Source: Botryllus schlosseri
Taxonomy: Eukaryota
Length of the DNA: 64,000 nt
Direction: 5' to 3'
Assembly: GCA_051294905.1 (NCBI GenBank)
Contig: CM119374.1
Coordinates: 17,422,001-17,486,000 of the forward strand
Shown here: one piece after another, positions 11,966 through 23,900 of the stretch
Layout of the letters: each line of letters starts with the position of its first letter
Numbering within the stretch: the first letter of the stretch is position 1
The notes under the pieces: model-generated
Told to the model about the DNA's origin: nothing
The model's input: only the letters and a program-made list of their open reading frames with translations
The model's database searches: none
Program-made: the position numbers and the translations under genes

Positions 11966-14900
11966 ATGGAGGGTAGAAAATGTGCCGTGTTTATGCCAGG
12001 GAACAGAAGGCTGGATCTTGCAGTTTCTGTGAGTAGCGTTTCGTTCGTTCTCAGTTTGTTCTAAGACGCAATCTATCTGTGGTGACTGGTGATCTATTTA
12101 ATCTATTGGTAGTTGTGAATGCTCAATGCACTATTTCATGCTACTGCTTTGCTTTGGGAATATTGTAGCCTACTGTATTTTTGGGATTTATATAATTAGT
12201 AGGGCAAGTTTTTGCAACTTTTGCAATTTTTTTTACACAACTTCCGGCATCTTCCTAAATACCCAGAAGTTATGTAATATAGTGTTTTGAGCTGTTTTGA
12301 GGAATCTTATATTGCAACTTTTTTGAACTTCTTCCAACTCTTTTCGATTTTTGGTGCAACCAACTTTTCACTGGAAATATTTGGCACTATATGTAAATAG
12401 ATGCTTGAATATTTCACTGTCCTTTAAATTTGAGGCTCTTTCTGATTTGACGTATGTTCACTTGTTCAGGATAGACCGCTGAAAATTATAATTTTGCTGG
12501 GTCCGTTTTTTCAGCCTATTGATTTCGTTGAAGTCGCCAACGTTGAGTTTTGCTACAGTGTCTTGGATACAGAACGATTCGAATGTCGCATACACTAGTT
12601 CTAATAATTTCAAGGAACTTGTCCACAAATGCAACTTTTTAGTGCAACTTTTGTGAAAATTAGATGCAACTTTTTACTGCAACTTCTGTGAAAAATAAGT
12701 ACATCTTTCCACGCAACTGCAACATAAACCTGCCCTATTAATTAGTGATCACATTGTTATATGGCAGCACACTCGGTATACTGTCCAGGAGATCTTGTAC
12801 AGATTTAGCAGTTCATGCAGATTTGATATGACCGTTTATTAATGTTCTTAGCCAGTGGAAAAGGGCACATCCCAAATTTCAATGTCATCTGTGCAGCCAA
12901 AGCTGCCTTGTTCAAGGTTATTATCCCGCTTTTGTTTTTTTATAAGGACCTATCGCACCATGCTCTATGATTATCACACCATTATATTGCCCTAGAATAT
13001 GATTGCAATTGTGATTATTGTAATGTCAAATACTTCCAGTTCCACTCTTATGTTTTTTTCTCTATTGCATGTGGTAGGAATATAGACATAACTACATAGG
13101 TTACCAAATGATCTGGTACAAGTCTCTTGGCTGATGTGTAATTGTCTACTACTGACAAAGAGATACCATCATAGTTTCATTGACACCCCAATATTTCCTA
13201 AAGAAATGTATTTGATAAAGTAAATAGGCTAACATTCTGAACCAACTAACACTTCCCTTAACACCCCTATAAGATATACTACTTTCCCTCTCCGCGTGCT
13301 CGCCATTACATTAGTTTGCATAGGCTGCAATATAGTATACAACTACAACATCCTCATGTTATATAGGCCTCTAAAACTTTTTTAATGGCCTAACTGTAGT
13401 GATTGATATCATTGACTACTGGTTACTATGTGAGCTCTTATTTGTGGCGGGTTGGCCTACTTAATAATGATGTATTACGATTACTTGTGATTAGCACTTA
13501 TTCACAAATTGTGGGTTACATCAGAATGGTCTTGTCAATGCAGTTATCCCTATTACACATGCAATGCTGCTCTGAATCCAATTGGGTAGCTGAGGCAATG
13601 AATAGCAAGAATTTTCTTTGTTAATCCCACATAATATACTCAGATCTTGTAGCTACGCTTGCTATGAAAAATTGCAATTTCAAGATATTATGGTTTTGAA
13701 TCTGCAAGCCAATTTTCCTAACAGAAACCATCCATTCTATTCGTGAACCACTTTGATGAGTGGAAAGTAAGTACTGTGACTTTTAATGAAAGGTAAAGTA
13801 AGTAGGTCTATAGTCGAAAGCTGAATCACGATAGTAATTACTTCAGCAATAGTAAGTTCTATCAGGGTACTCAATTTCTGACCACTCATGTTATCCGATT
13901 GTGAACATACGAATTTTGCTTGAAGACCTAAATGGACCTTGCTACAGCCAGAACTAATATGTACCTTCCCAATGCCCGAAGGCTTGAAATCTGTTTAATG
14001 ATACATGTATTCTAGGGACGACGGTAATTAATCTTTGTCTAAAAGTGCTGTAATTCCCATTATGCTTCCCCATATCTGTTAGTCCAAACCTTTAATTCAT
14101 TGGATTGATAACTGATAATGCTCTTTGGTCAATGTGCAGAGACACAGAGTGCTTGACTACCGTAGTTGGACTTGATTATCATGTACACTGGTGTTGTGTA
14201 TCGATACAGACCGAGCGAGATAGTGTAATGGTTATGCGTCCGGCTTCTCGAGCGGTAGGTCGTGGGTTCGATCCCCGGCCGGGTGATACCAAAGACTCGA
14301 AAATTGGTATCCGCAGGTATCCTGCTAGGCGCTCAGCAATCACGGATAGCATGGAGGAGAAAAAAACGGGGGCGCAGACTAGATGACCTCATGGGGCCGT
14401 ATCGCAACTCCGTCGTCAAAGCATCTCGATGGTGCAGGCGAAAAAGAATACATATCTCTCACTCTCTCTCAGACAGTTAGTTGTAATTTTGGGGTTGGTC
14501 TTTACTCACCTCCAGTCTGACCACTATATCTAATTTGTGAGACATTTTTGAATTGGTGACTTCTAATAGAGCTGTGCCTGTGAGTGAGTATCCGAAATTG
14601 CAGTGCCTAGTGCCTACTGATATCACACATGGTCAACATAAATACAAATTATAGTGTGGTGGAAATGAAAAATGTTTTGTATGTACTGTACAGGTAAACA
14701 GTTTCCATAAGAGTGCTTAGCGCACTAGCCTAGAGAAATAGGCTAGTTTATGATGAGAACTTGCAATTTTGAACATTATTGTTTGTAAATACATTGTCTT
14801 ATCATTGTTTTTCCCATATAATGCTACATAGATGCAATTTTTAAGCAAATATCTGTTATTACATTTCAATTGCACTGCACCAACTGTAATGTGATTGTTA

Positions 14901-17900
14901 TATTGTTGTTTTATGTTTTAGTTGTGAATTGTGAGTGACTGGGTTGTTATTATTTCCATGATATCAATCAGTGCATATAAACATACCGTAATTTTCCATG
15001 CATAATACGCACATTGTTATCAATATTTTTGTCCTAAAATCGGGAGTGCGTAGTATAGATGGGTACAAGAATTTTGAAAAAATTCCCCCGGAACTGAAAC
15101 TTGCAAATACACCTTTCTTCTTGTTTGTTGTCAATCGCGCATCACATCCAGCCATTGTGCCCGGACTTGGGTGGAAATCTTATTAACGCACCTATTGTCC
15201 ACGCCTGGTAGGTGTATTCGACTCATTTACGCCTATTGGAAGGGTGTGAAAGTATAGTTTGCCTGGTTTACAACACCCCCCTCTACGGTGGAAATCTAGT
15301 TGATACACTTTTTTTCTCTGCTGGTTCAAACACGCTGCATACGAACATAATGCTCCGTATCGGATGCTTTCTCGATCACCTGCTCGTACAGGGGGTGCGT
15401 ATTATACATGGGTACTAGGGTACAGGCTTTGTCACAGTTTTGACATGCCATTCTAAGGGTGCGTATTATACATAGGTACGTACAGTACATGGAAAATTAC
15501 GGTACTTAAAATGGTGTGATAACTTTTTTCAAACTTCTCCTCGCTATTTGATGATGAAAATCGGGATTCGCATTCAAACAGAGAGAGACCATGGCTGGAT
15601 ATCAAATCAATCCATCAGTACTATTCCCGCCACTTCCTTTCCAGGGCAAACAACTCGGCAAAGCTCTTTGGAAAGCCGTTTTAACGGAACTCAACTTGAA
15701 AGACGAGGAAGATTACTTCGGTCTGAAATTTAAAACTTCCGGGTTAGCATATTTTATGTTCTTTCGTTCAGCTGCTGTGACAGATGAATGATGGCAGGTA
15801 TTTTATCTCATGTAACCATCGGAATCCTTTTGGTTTCGATTTGTTTCGCGCATTAATGTTTATGTCGCTGATGATTAGCTATGAGCTTCGGGATATTTGT
15901 GTGTTTACACTTTTTAATGGTGTTTGTGCATTATATTGAGTTTGATCACCCTGTTAATAGAATGATCCATTGTCAGAATGAAGCCTGTCTGATGACATGT
16001 TTCACCAAATTTTATCAGTGACGCCAATCGAGTCTATCTATACACATATTCCAAAGAGAAGACTATCTTTGTGAACGGGACACTTGTTATATAATGACTT
16101 GCACTCTTTATCACATCTATTAAATATGGTATTGGAATGCCATTTTAAACCAGTCAGACGTGATGTTTAGGATCAATGATGCAAGTTTGTTCCTTTGTGA
16201 AATTTTTATCATTATCATCTTGCCCTGAAAAACTCTGTCAAACCTTGGAAACTATTGCTGTTGACCTGTACTAACAATACTACAATAGGTATTATTGTTG
16301 GCCTGAAACGGGCACCTTACACTCATCTGTCATCTTTGTTACTAAAGTATTAATGTGCTAATGTTGTACTTGTGATTTTCAGCGATCACTATTCGTGGTT
16401 AGAGGAAGATAAAAAGGTTCTGGAACACGATATCGAATCGAAATCAGAAGAGGAGCCCCTCGAATTCGTTTTTTCTCTCAAGTAAATAATGCTCTTACTC
16501 CAAATGGACATGAAGTAGCACATTGCAACCTACTGCAGCCAACCAACATAGGACTCCTGTCTTTTGCACTTTTGCAGGATCGTTTTTACACCTATTTCAT
16601 GACATGGATAAGATTTTAACGTTATGAAATTTATTGTAAATGGTAAATAAAAGCCAGAAAAGTGTTTACTAATAAGGGGATGATTTGGTTACTCTTATAT
16701 GTTTTATTTGGCTGTAACTTTTATATGGCTAGATGATATAATATACTCTAACATGGTTATGGTAGTATTCGGTAAGAAATGAGTGATGCGAAGAGATGAT
16801 TGTGGGAATGTATGCAACTATGGTCTATTATTACCCTGTGTACGTACACCAACCCACAATGGCATTTATTAATTGGATGACACGGCATTTTCGAGTAGTA
16901 AACACTAGTCATATAGGTGTCTTAAAGGTATTGAGATGAATTCAGACATTCAGTTCAATCTCTGACGTACATAGTACACTTAGGCGGTAGAGGCCATTAT
17001 CAAAATGGAATTATCCGGGAACTTTATTAGACGCTGTTTTTACCTATACTCTAACAATACTCAAAGAAAATTTTATTCTGAAACGAAAGCAAATACAGCC
17101 AAACCTTTGGAATTGTTTTTGAATTGCAATTTTATTTGGTAGAAAATAGTTTATTTTACATTTTTGATTGGATTGCCCAAGATTTCAGTAATTTAAATCT
17201 TGTATTATGATCTTGCACATAATGTAGTCATTATGGGGCATTTAGGGTATTTTCTGATTTCAAGTTTACTTTCAAGTGTATATTGAAATTAGCATAATTC
17301 AATTTCTTTAGTTGCCGTGGCTGAGGTGGCTCCTCTCTAATGCAAAACTCATCTTACTGGATTGTCTCTAGATGTATTCTTCTTCTTCTGGTTGAATCAG
17401 CCTTGTCCCTACCTTAAAATTACCACTTCTACTTGTAATTAAGAAGAATTTTGCAATTGTAACACCACCTCTGTGTTTGCTATGAGTACCTGTGAAAATT
17501 TCTTCTTACTTTTTTGGCCACATCCGTTTCATTGGTCAATGCAAATGTCACACATCCGACTTCCGACATCACCCAGGTAGTATTGTCGTAAGGTAGCCTA
17601 CTCATATTGTTGGAGGATTTTGATTGAGTGTACAATATCGCAACCGAGGGCATGTGAAGGCATTCGTGGACTGCAGTCAACCACTATTTGTGTATTCAGG
17701 TGCTACGAAGACTCCGTCACTGTGCATAAGCATCCCAGCACTGTGGAACTCATCTTTTTACATGCACAAAATTTATTACACAATGTAAGCCTGTTTTGAT
17801 TCGTACTCCCTGCCAGCAGAGGGTTACTCTGGTCTGTGTTTATTTTACAGGGCGAAATTCATATCAATTACGAACTCTCTCTGGAATTAACTGCTTATTC

Positions 17901-20900
17901 ATTGCAGGTATGAGCTTGTTTTGTTGTTGATTCTACTGTATAGAAAAAATTGGTATGATCCGTTTTCTATTCCCGCAAGGTGGCGGTAGAGAGTCATGAC
18001 CTTAACAGTATTTTGCCTTCTCTTTTTGCAGGCCGTCTATGGAGATTTCGTGAGGTATGTATTGTTGGCTCTTGCGTTTTGTGCCTTTTTGCAATTTGTA
18101 AGTGCAGGGATGGAACTATCTTCCAACGCAAATCCAAATTGTAGTCGGTATTTGATGTCATATCCATATCCCGCACTTCATCCTGTACTGATTCGTAAGC
18201 TATAAAGTGGGTCGAATGGTTAGCCTCTTAGCCAAGATTTTGCTCCGAGTTTCATAAGATTTCACATCCAGACTGAACTCAGAATGGGGTCACAGATGGC
18301 GTTCAACACTTCTGGTGGTGTCAGCGATGTTTTTCAATGTTTTTGGAGTATGCTACTTAAGTAGGTTTTTGCCAACTGCAGTGGTTAAACTACTTGCATA
18401 TCTGACAGTTTTTTTAAGCAGAACTGCTTGTTTTTAACACTTTGGAGGATTTTGTAACATAGAAAGCAGTTTTTGGATACCTTTGCATCACTGTCATGAG
18501 CGAAATTGTCATAACTGGGCGAAATTTCCTCTGCAACACGAAAATTGCACCGATTCACTGTGTATTATCAAGGCAGTGCGTTATTATGCGTTAGTTGTGA
18601 AGATGCATACGGAAATTTCAAAACTAGCCACCTACAATTTACTGCAAAGGTCTGCGGCCTCTCGATCAAATCTACGTTGTGACGGTTTTGACATAAGAAT
18701 CATTTCTTCTACTTGTAACTAAGTAAATATTCGCAGTGTTAGCTCTACTTTTACTTGAGTAACGTTGATGGGTACTGTAACCAAAACGCGCTTCAAAGTC
18801 CGCCGCTGACCTCAAACCCTGTCGCTTCTTTTCAGCGAGGAGAAAGCTTCTTCAAATATCAGGGAGCTTCGCTGTCTTCCTAGAATCGTATTACAGGAAA
18901 TACCTTCCGTTGAATACTGGTAAGGCGACTTGGCGGGTTGCATCATGAATCGGCGATTTGTAGCTATTCAGTCCTTGTAGCGGCGTCAATTTATAACCAA
19001 TATTTCAAAAGTTGGGGTTTACTCTAGTTCTGGGGGGCTTTTTTGGGGCTTTATCACTACTGCGTTTTGACGGGACGTTTATTTTATCGAAAAAGGCAGT
19101 TATTTTATGTTGTCGCGTACATGTCAATAAAGAATATGACATGGCATTGTCCAAATCCTAAATTTGATGGGACAGATGGTGCTGTTCAACCAGCAAGTGA
19201 CGCGTGGCAAGGCTCGATAATGATATTGGCTCTTGTTGAACAGTAAATTGGATGATTTCCCGATGCTTATGTAGCTGTGTGTTTGAAGAAATAATGTCAC
19301 CAGACTGAGCCGGTCGATTTTTGAGTGTTTTCAGCACAAACGACGGCTTTGATCTTTGGTGATTGTTGATCCAGATGATATTTGACGATTTTGTGAGCAA
19401 CTCTTTATCCGTCGACTTAGCAAATTTGCGAATCGAAAGTAAAATGTTGCTAAATATTTGTGGATTTCTTGTATTAACCCGACGGCAACACCATATATCG
19501 CAACGTATTCACATGACAAAATTGAAACGGAAATGTGTTTGGTCAAACTCCAATTGGTAACCGATTGGGATGGATTTTTTCTTAGCATGGCAAGCGCAAG
19601 GGTTTTACTTCTTATAATTCCGTGTCTTGAGAGCCCTAAAATTTAAATATATCTGGTTTGTGGTACTGAACATAAAGATTGATTTTATCACAACATCAAT
19701 TGCAGAACTTACAACCCTGACGCTAATCTTCAAGCATTCAACAAACCCCAAATTTTCATTTAGTCACAAAAATCTACCACATTAGAATCTAGTACATTGC
19801 TATAGATGTACAAAATGAACTGCATCAACAACAATGTTTAAAGAACAAAGCCATTCAACATGATCGTCCCACAAAACAAGAAGATTATCATGAATATTTA
19901 CTGCAATGCAGCATGACGTCTGCTGTAACACGCCTCCAGTGAACCCCAATTACGAACCACAGACCTGGAAGCTCTATTTGAAAAATATCACGATCTGATA
20001 TAATAAGGAATCCTCAGTTTTACTGATAAAAGATAAGGCATAATGGCTATATCGGTATGGGCTCAAAATTCTGATGTCGCTTGGGCTTAATACGAGACAT
20101 TACTTCTACACGTTGACCAGTACGGCTCTCGCGATCTCACTCCAAACTTCGCGGCAATGCTAAGAATTTGATAAACCAACAACATAATAGTGTATCGACG
20201 GTCAACCGGCGTTCTATCGCCCGAAATGTTACCGCGTAATCGCACATGACGTCATAACGTGTAATACTTGTTTCAGTGAGGATCAGGTGATCTCGTGGTA
20301 TAAGAACCTTTGCGGGATATCACGCGGACAAGCTATTTTGTAGTAAGTTGTGTTGTGACGGAGTGGAAGTTCTTGCGCCGACTGATGCGTTCTACTTTTG
20401 CAGTTACATGAGCAAAGTTGAGAAGCTGACCGACTACGGAGTGCATTTTTTCATTGTGAAGGTGAGTGCTAGCGTTGTTCGCCGGCTAGGTGATTTGATT
20501 GTGCGGTTGCGTGAAAGCACGTTTCACACTAAATTTGGCCCAATTCCAACCGATAGAGGCGAAGTTATTACGATTTGAAATTCAACAATGACGGTGGCAA
20601 ATCTCGCTCATCACTTGTGCCATAGTCGTGTAATCGGTGGTTCCATTATTATTTCCATTAGGGCTCTTCAAAAATGACTTTTTTTTCTCAAATCGTACTG
20701 GCTACTTGATAAAATTGTTAGGTTACCTAATTTAAGCCTACACACAAAATTTGGTTCAATTCCAGCCAGTAATCGCTTTGCTACAGGAGGAGAAAGTTTC
20801 TATTTATTATACAAATATAAATAATAAAAAATTTGAAAATTTTCTGTTCACCCCATGAAAGTGTTAGGCTGTCTATAGAAACTATGCTCACCAAATTTGG

Positions 20901-23900
20901 TTCAATTCCAACCCGTGGAAGCGGAGTTATTGCCGTCGAAAAATTTGGATTTGAATAAAATAGTGTTTACGGTGAGCAGAACTATAATAAATAAACAAAG
21001 AATCGGTCACCGTAAATACTATTTTATTCAAATCCAAATTTTTCGACGGCAATAACTCCGCTTCCACGGGTTGGAATTGAACCAAATTTGGTGAGCATAG
21101 TTTCTATAGACAGCCTAACACTTTCATGGGGTGAACAGAAAATTTTCAAATTTTTTATTATTTATTTTTATATAATAAATAGAAACTTTCATCTCGTGTA
21201 GCAAAGCGGTTACTGGCTGGAATTGAACCAAATTTTGTGTGTAGGCTTAAATTAGGTAACCTAACAATTTTATCAAGTAGCCAGTACGATTTGAGAAAAA
21301 AAAGTCATTTTTGAAGAGCCCTAATTTCCATCCACTATATCCACACAACTTACAGTTGAATACACACTACACAGGACACGATGCGACGTTACCGAATATC
21401 GTGTTTCAACCTTTTCCGAAGAGAGAGTGTGATGCTTTTTCACGCGTTTTTATCTTTCATGTCGTCTGTGATAGATTTTCACTTTAGATTGAAAAACATT
21501 GGTGATTCATGAAAAAAGTTCTGATGCCGATTAGCTGGAAATCAGTCAAGTTCATTGAGATAGCCTCTATTAAAACGAAGGCGATGTCATTTGTAAATGG
21601 AATACTTAAAACACTGAAATTATTTACCACGTTACTGATAAAAAGTTACTGATCCAAACTTTTTCTATTCTAATAAATTCACTTTTGTAGGTTGGAATTG
21701 TGCCAAATTTCGCGTGCAGCGTTTTTTTGTTAACCTGCCAAGATTGTTTCAACTAGCCAGTGAAATTGAGTACAAAGATATTTTGTAACAACCCTGCTGA
21801 TAAGTTATGTTTGGTTTGTCGCGTCTTAAACCGAAACCACGAAAACATATTACTTTGTAGTTACGGTATTTTACAGATATTAGAATCACGTTGATCATTC
21901 CGAATCGCGGGCTATCTTTGAAACTCTTCCCGAAAAATTGTATTTCACGTATCAGATACCCATTCGCAGTCCTGTTTCGGGGTTTGGTTCGCAAAAATCG
22001 CAGATCCAGACCCCGCCGGAATTTCAAAATCCATTTTCTTCGAATCTGTTACGTTGCGGCGTCGCTCGGATAAGTTACCGGTAATTAGGACGCGCGTATC
22101 GTGGCTGCTATGTACTCGAATTTAGTTTCTTCGCGCCATCATAGCCGCCGTATTCAATGGCGCTAATGGACGAGACTGCTTTATTGACGATTTCACGCTT
22201 CAGTTTTCGTCGCGCCGCTGTCCTGTTGATAACTGGACATCTTAATGCGCTTCGTGTGCTTGTGGCGTGTCGCTGTTCTACAAGGCTATTACAAGGCCTT
22301 GAATGGAAACGCGATGGTCTTAATCGCACGGCACGACGGGATGCGCGAACATGTTGTGGCGGTCTGGTTAATGTGTTTAATCGGCGAGCTACTTTGATCG
22401 GTGCCTTCTTTGATTGCGGCAGCGTTAGATGTACCTCGGTTAATACTCGGGCGATTTGATTTGGTCTAGGCATATTATCCCTTTTAGGATATCATTGGAC
22501 TTAGGTACGTTTGTATTTTTATCCTCCATGTTCTTGCGGCATTAACTGTACGCTGTACAGTGTACAACACACGATCCCTGCATATGCTTGTACGTACACG
22601 TACAATTGTGCAGTAAAAGTTTGCACATCAATAACTTTGTTTCTACTGGTTCGCTGCGTTGTTTTTTGGTAACCTAACAATTTTATCAAGTAGCCAGTAA
22701 AATTAGAAAAAAAAAAATTTGAACAGCCCCATTGTAAAATTGTACGGTTACTGTGAATGCATGAACGTTGTATGGTTTTGTCCGGTTGACGAAGTCCACT
22801 AATCAAAACATGTACACGAGAATGAGAAGAACCAAAGTAATCGCACGAATATTGGCGTGCAGTCAAAAGGCTGAATTTTGCCGGAATACTACGCAATAAT
22901 TCCACATTCAGATATATTTTAACGGAGGTGGTCACTGGTCAAAAACGTGGTAGGCTACATCCTCTTTTACTGGAACACTTTTTAGAAAAAAAACTTCGTA
23001 GTTTCTTCAATTGTTGTTAAAAGTAGAATATCGTTTTGGGATAAGTTTGCATCGCTTTTCCCAGTGAAATTGTCATAACAACCGCGTGAAATAGCCCCTG
23101 TATCACGGTAACCGAATATATGCAAGGAGATTATACCATTTTGCAGTGTCGTTCAATTGGTCACTTTGCATTAGTCGAGAAGATGTATGTTGCAGCTCCG
23201 AGAGTAGACCCCATCCGATTAACTGCTGAAATATGCGACCACCGAAAACGAATCTCCTCTTGAAAATACATACCTTGGTGTTTTTGAAACCTTCACGTTT
23301 CTCCTACCTCTACTCTGGTAGCTGCGCTGGCTACATTGACCAACACTTGTTTTTTAATTCGCTGGAGAATTGCCGGGGATAGGACGCGTATCTCAATGTA
23401 CCGAATTTATCAAAGTATCTATGTCTAATTTGAGTCATCAATAGTCGAAATTCGGATATCCTGAATGGCCTTCGATTGTCCCCTGTTGTCTCTCTGCCGT
23501 TTTCCGAACCGAATCCGTATCAGCTGCCTTGCTTAGATTTTGAATATGGCGTGTCGCGATCGACGCGCGCGGATTGCCTTTAACGCTAAGCAGACTATAC
23601 TAGGCTAATCGGATTTTTATGCGACTTCGCAAATCCTTAGTAATTGCGCTCTCGCAACAGATGCACGCCGACTGGGCGTTTGCGATACTGCGTGACGCAT
23701 GGTGATCTATTCCAGGAGGTCGCTAGTTTGAACCTGTGTAACTTCACCACGGTAGTTTGGTATGATTTTGACACCTGCTTCTTGCTACTTGGCAGTGTTT
23801 AACTGAAGCTCGTGCGTCATCGCCATGTATTTGGCATCGCGGTGGCACGGTGTATTCAGTGTATTGGCGCTGGTCCTTATTGTAGTAATGGCGTGGTACT

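Noticed and set aside
14211-14290. tRNA gene
   Set aside because: A and B boxes are present, but there is no acceptor-stem pairing or terminator and the sequence continues into a SINE body.
17996-18205. Hydrophobic 69-aa ORF resembling a membrane protein
   Set aside because: It is made of a polypyrimidine tract, the 23-nt FRMD4 microexon and T-rich intron; an artefact.
18920-20020. Several 60-85-aa ORFs and A-rich coding-like text
   Set aside because: Multiple stops in every frame and no recognisable motif; at most an unidentifiable decayed element.
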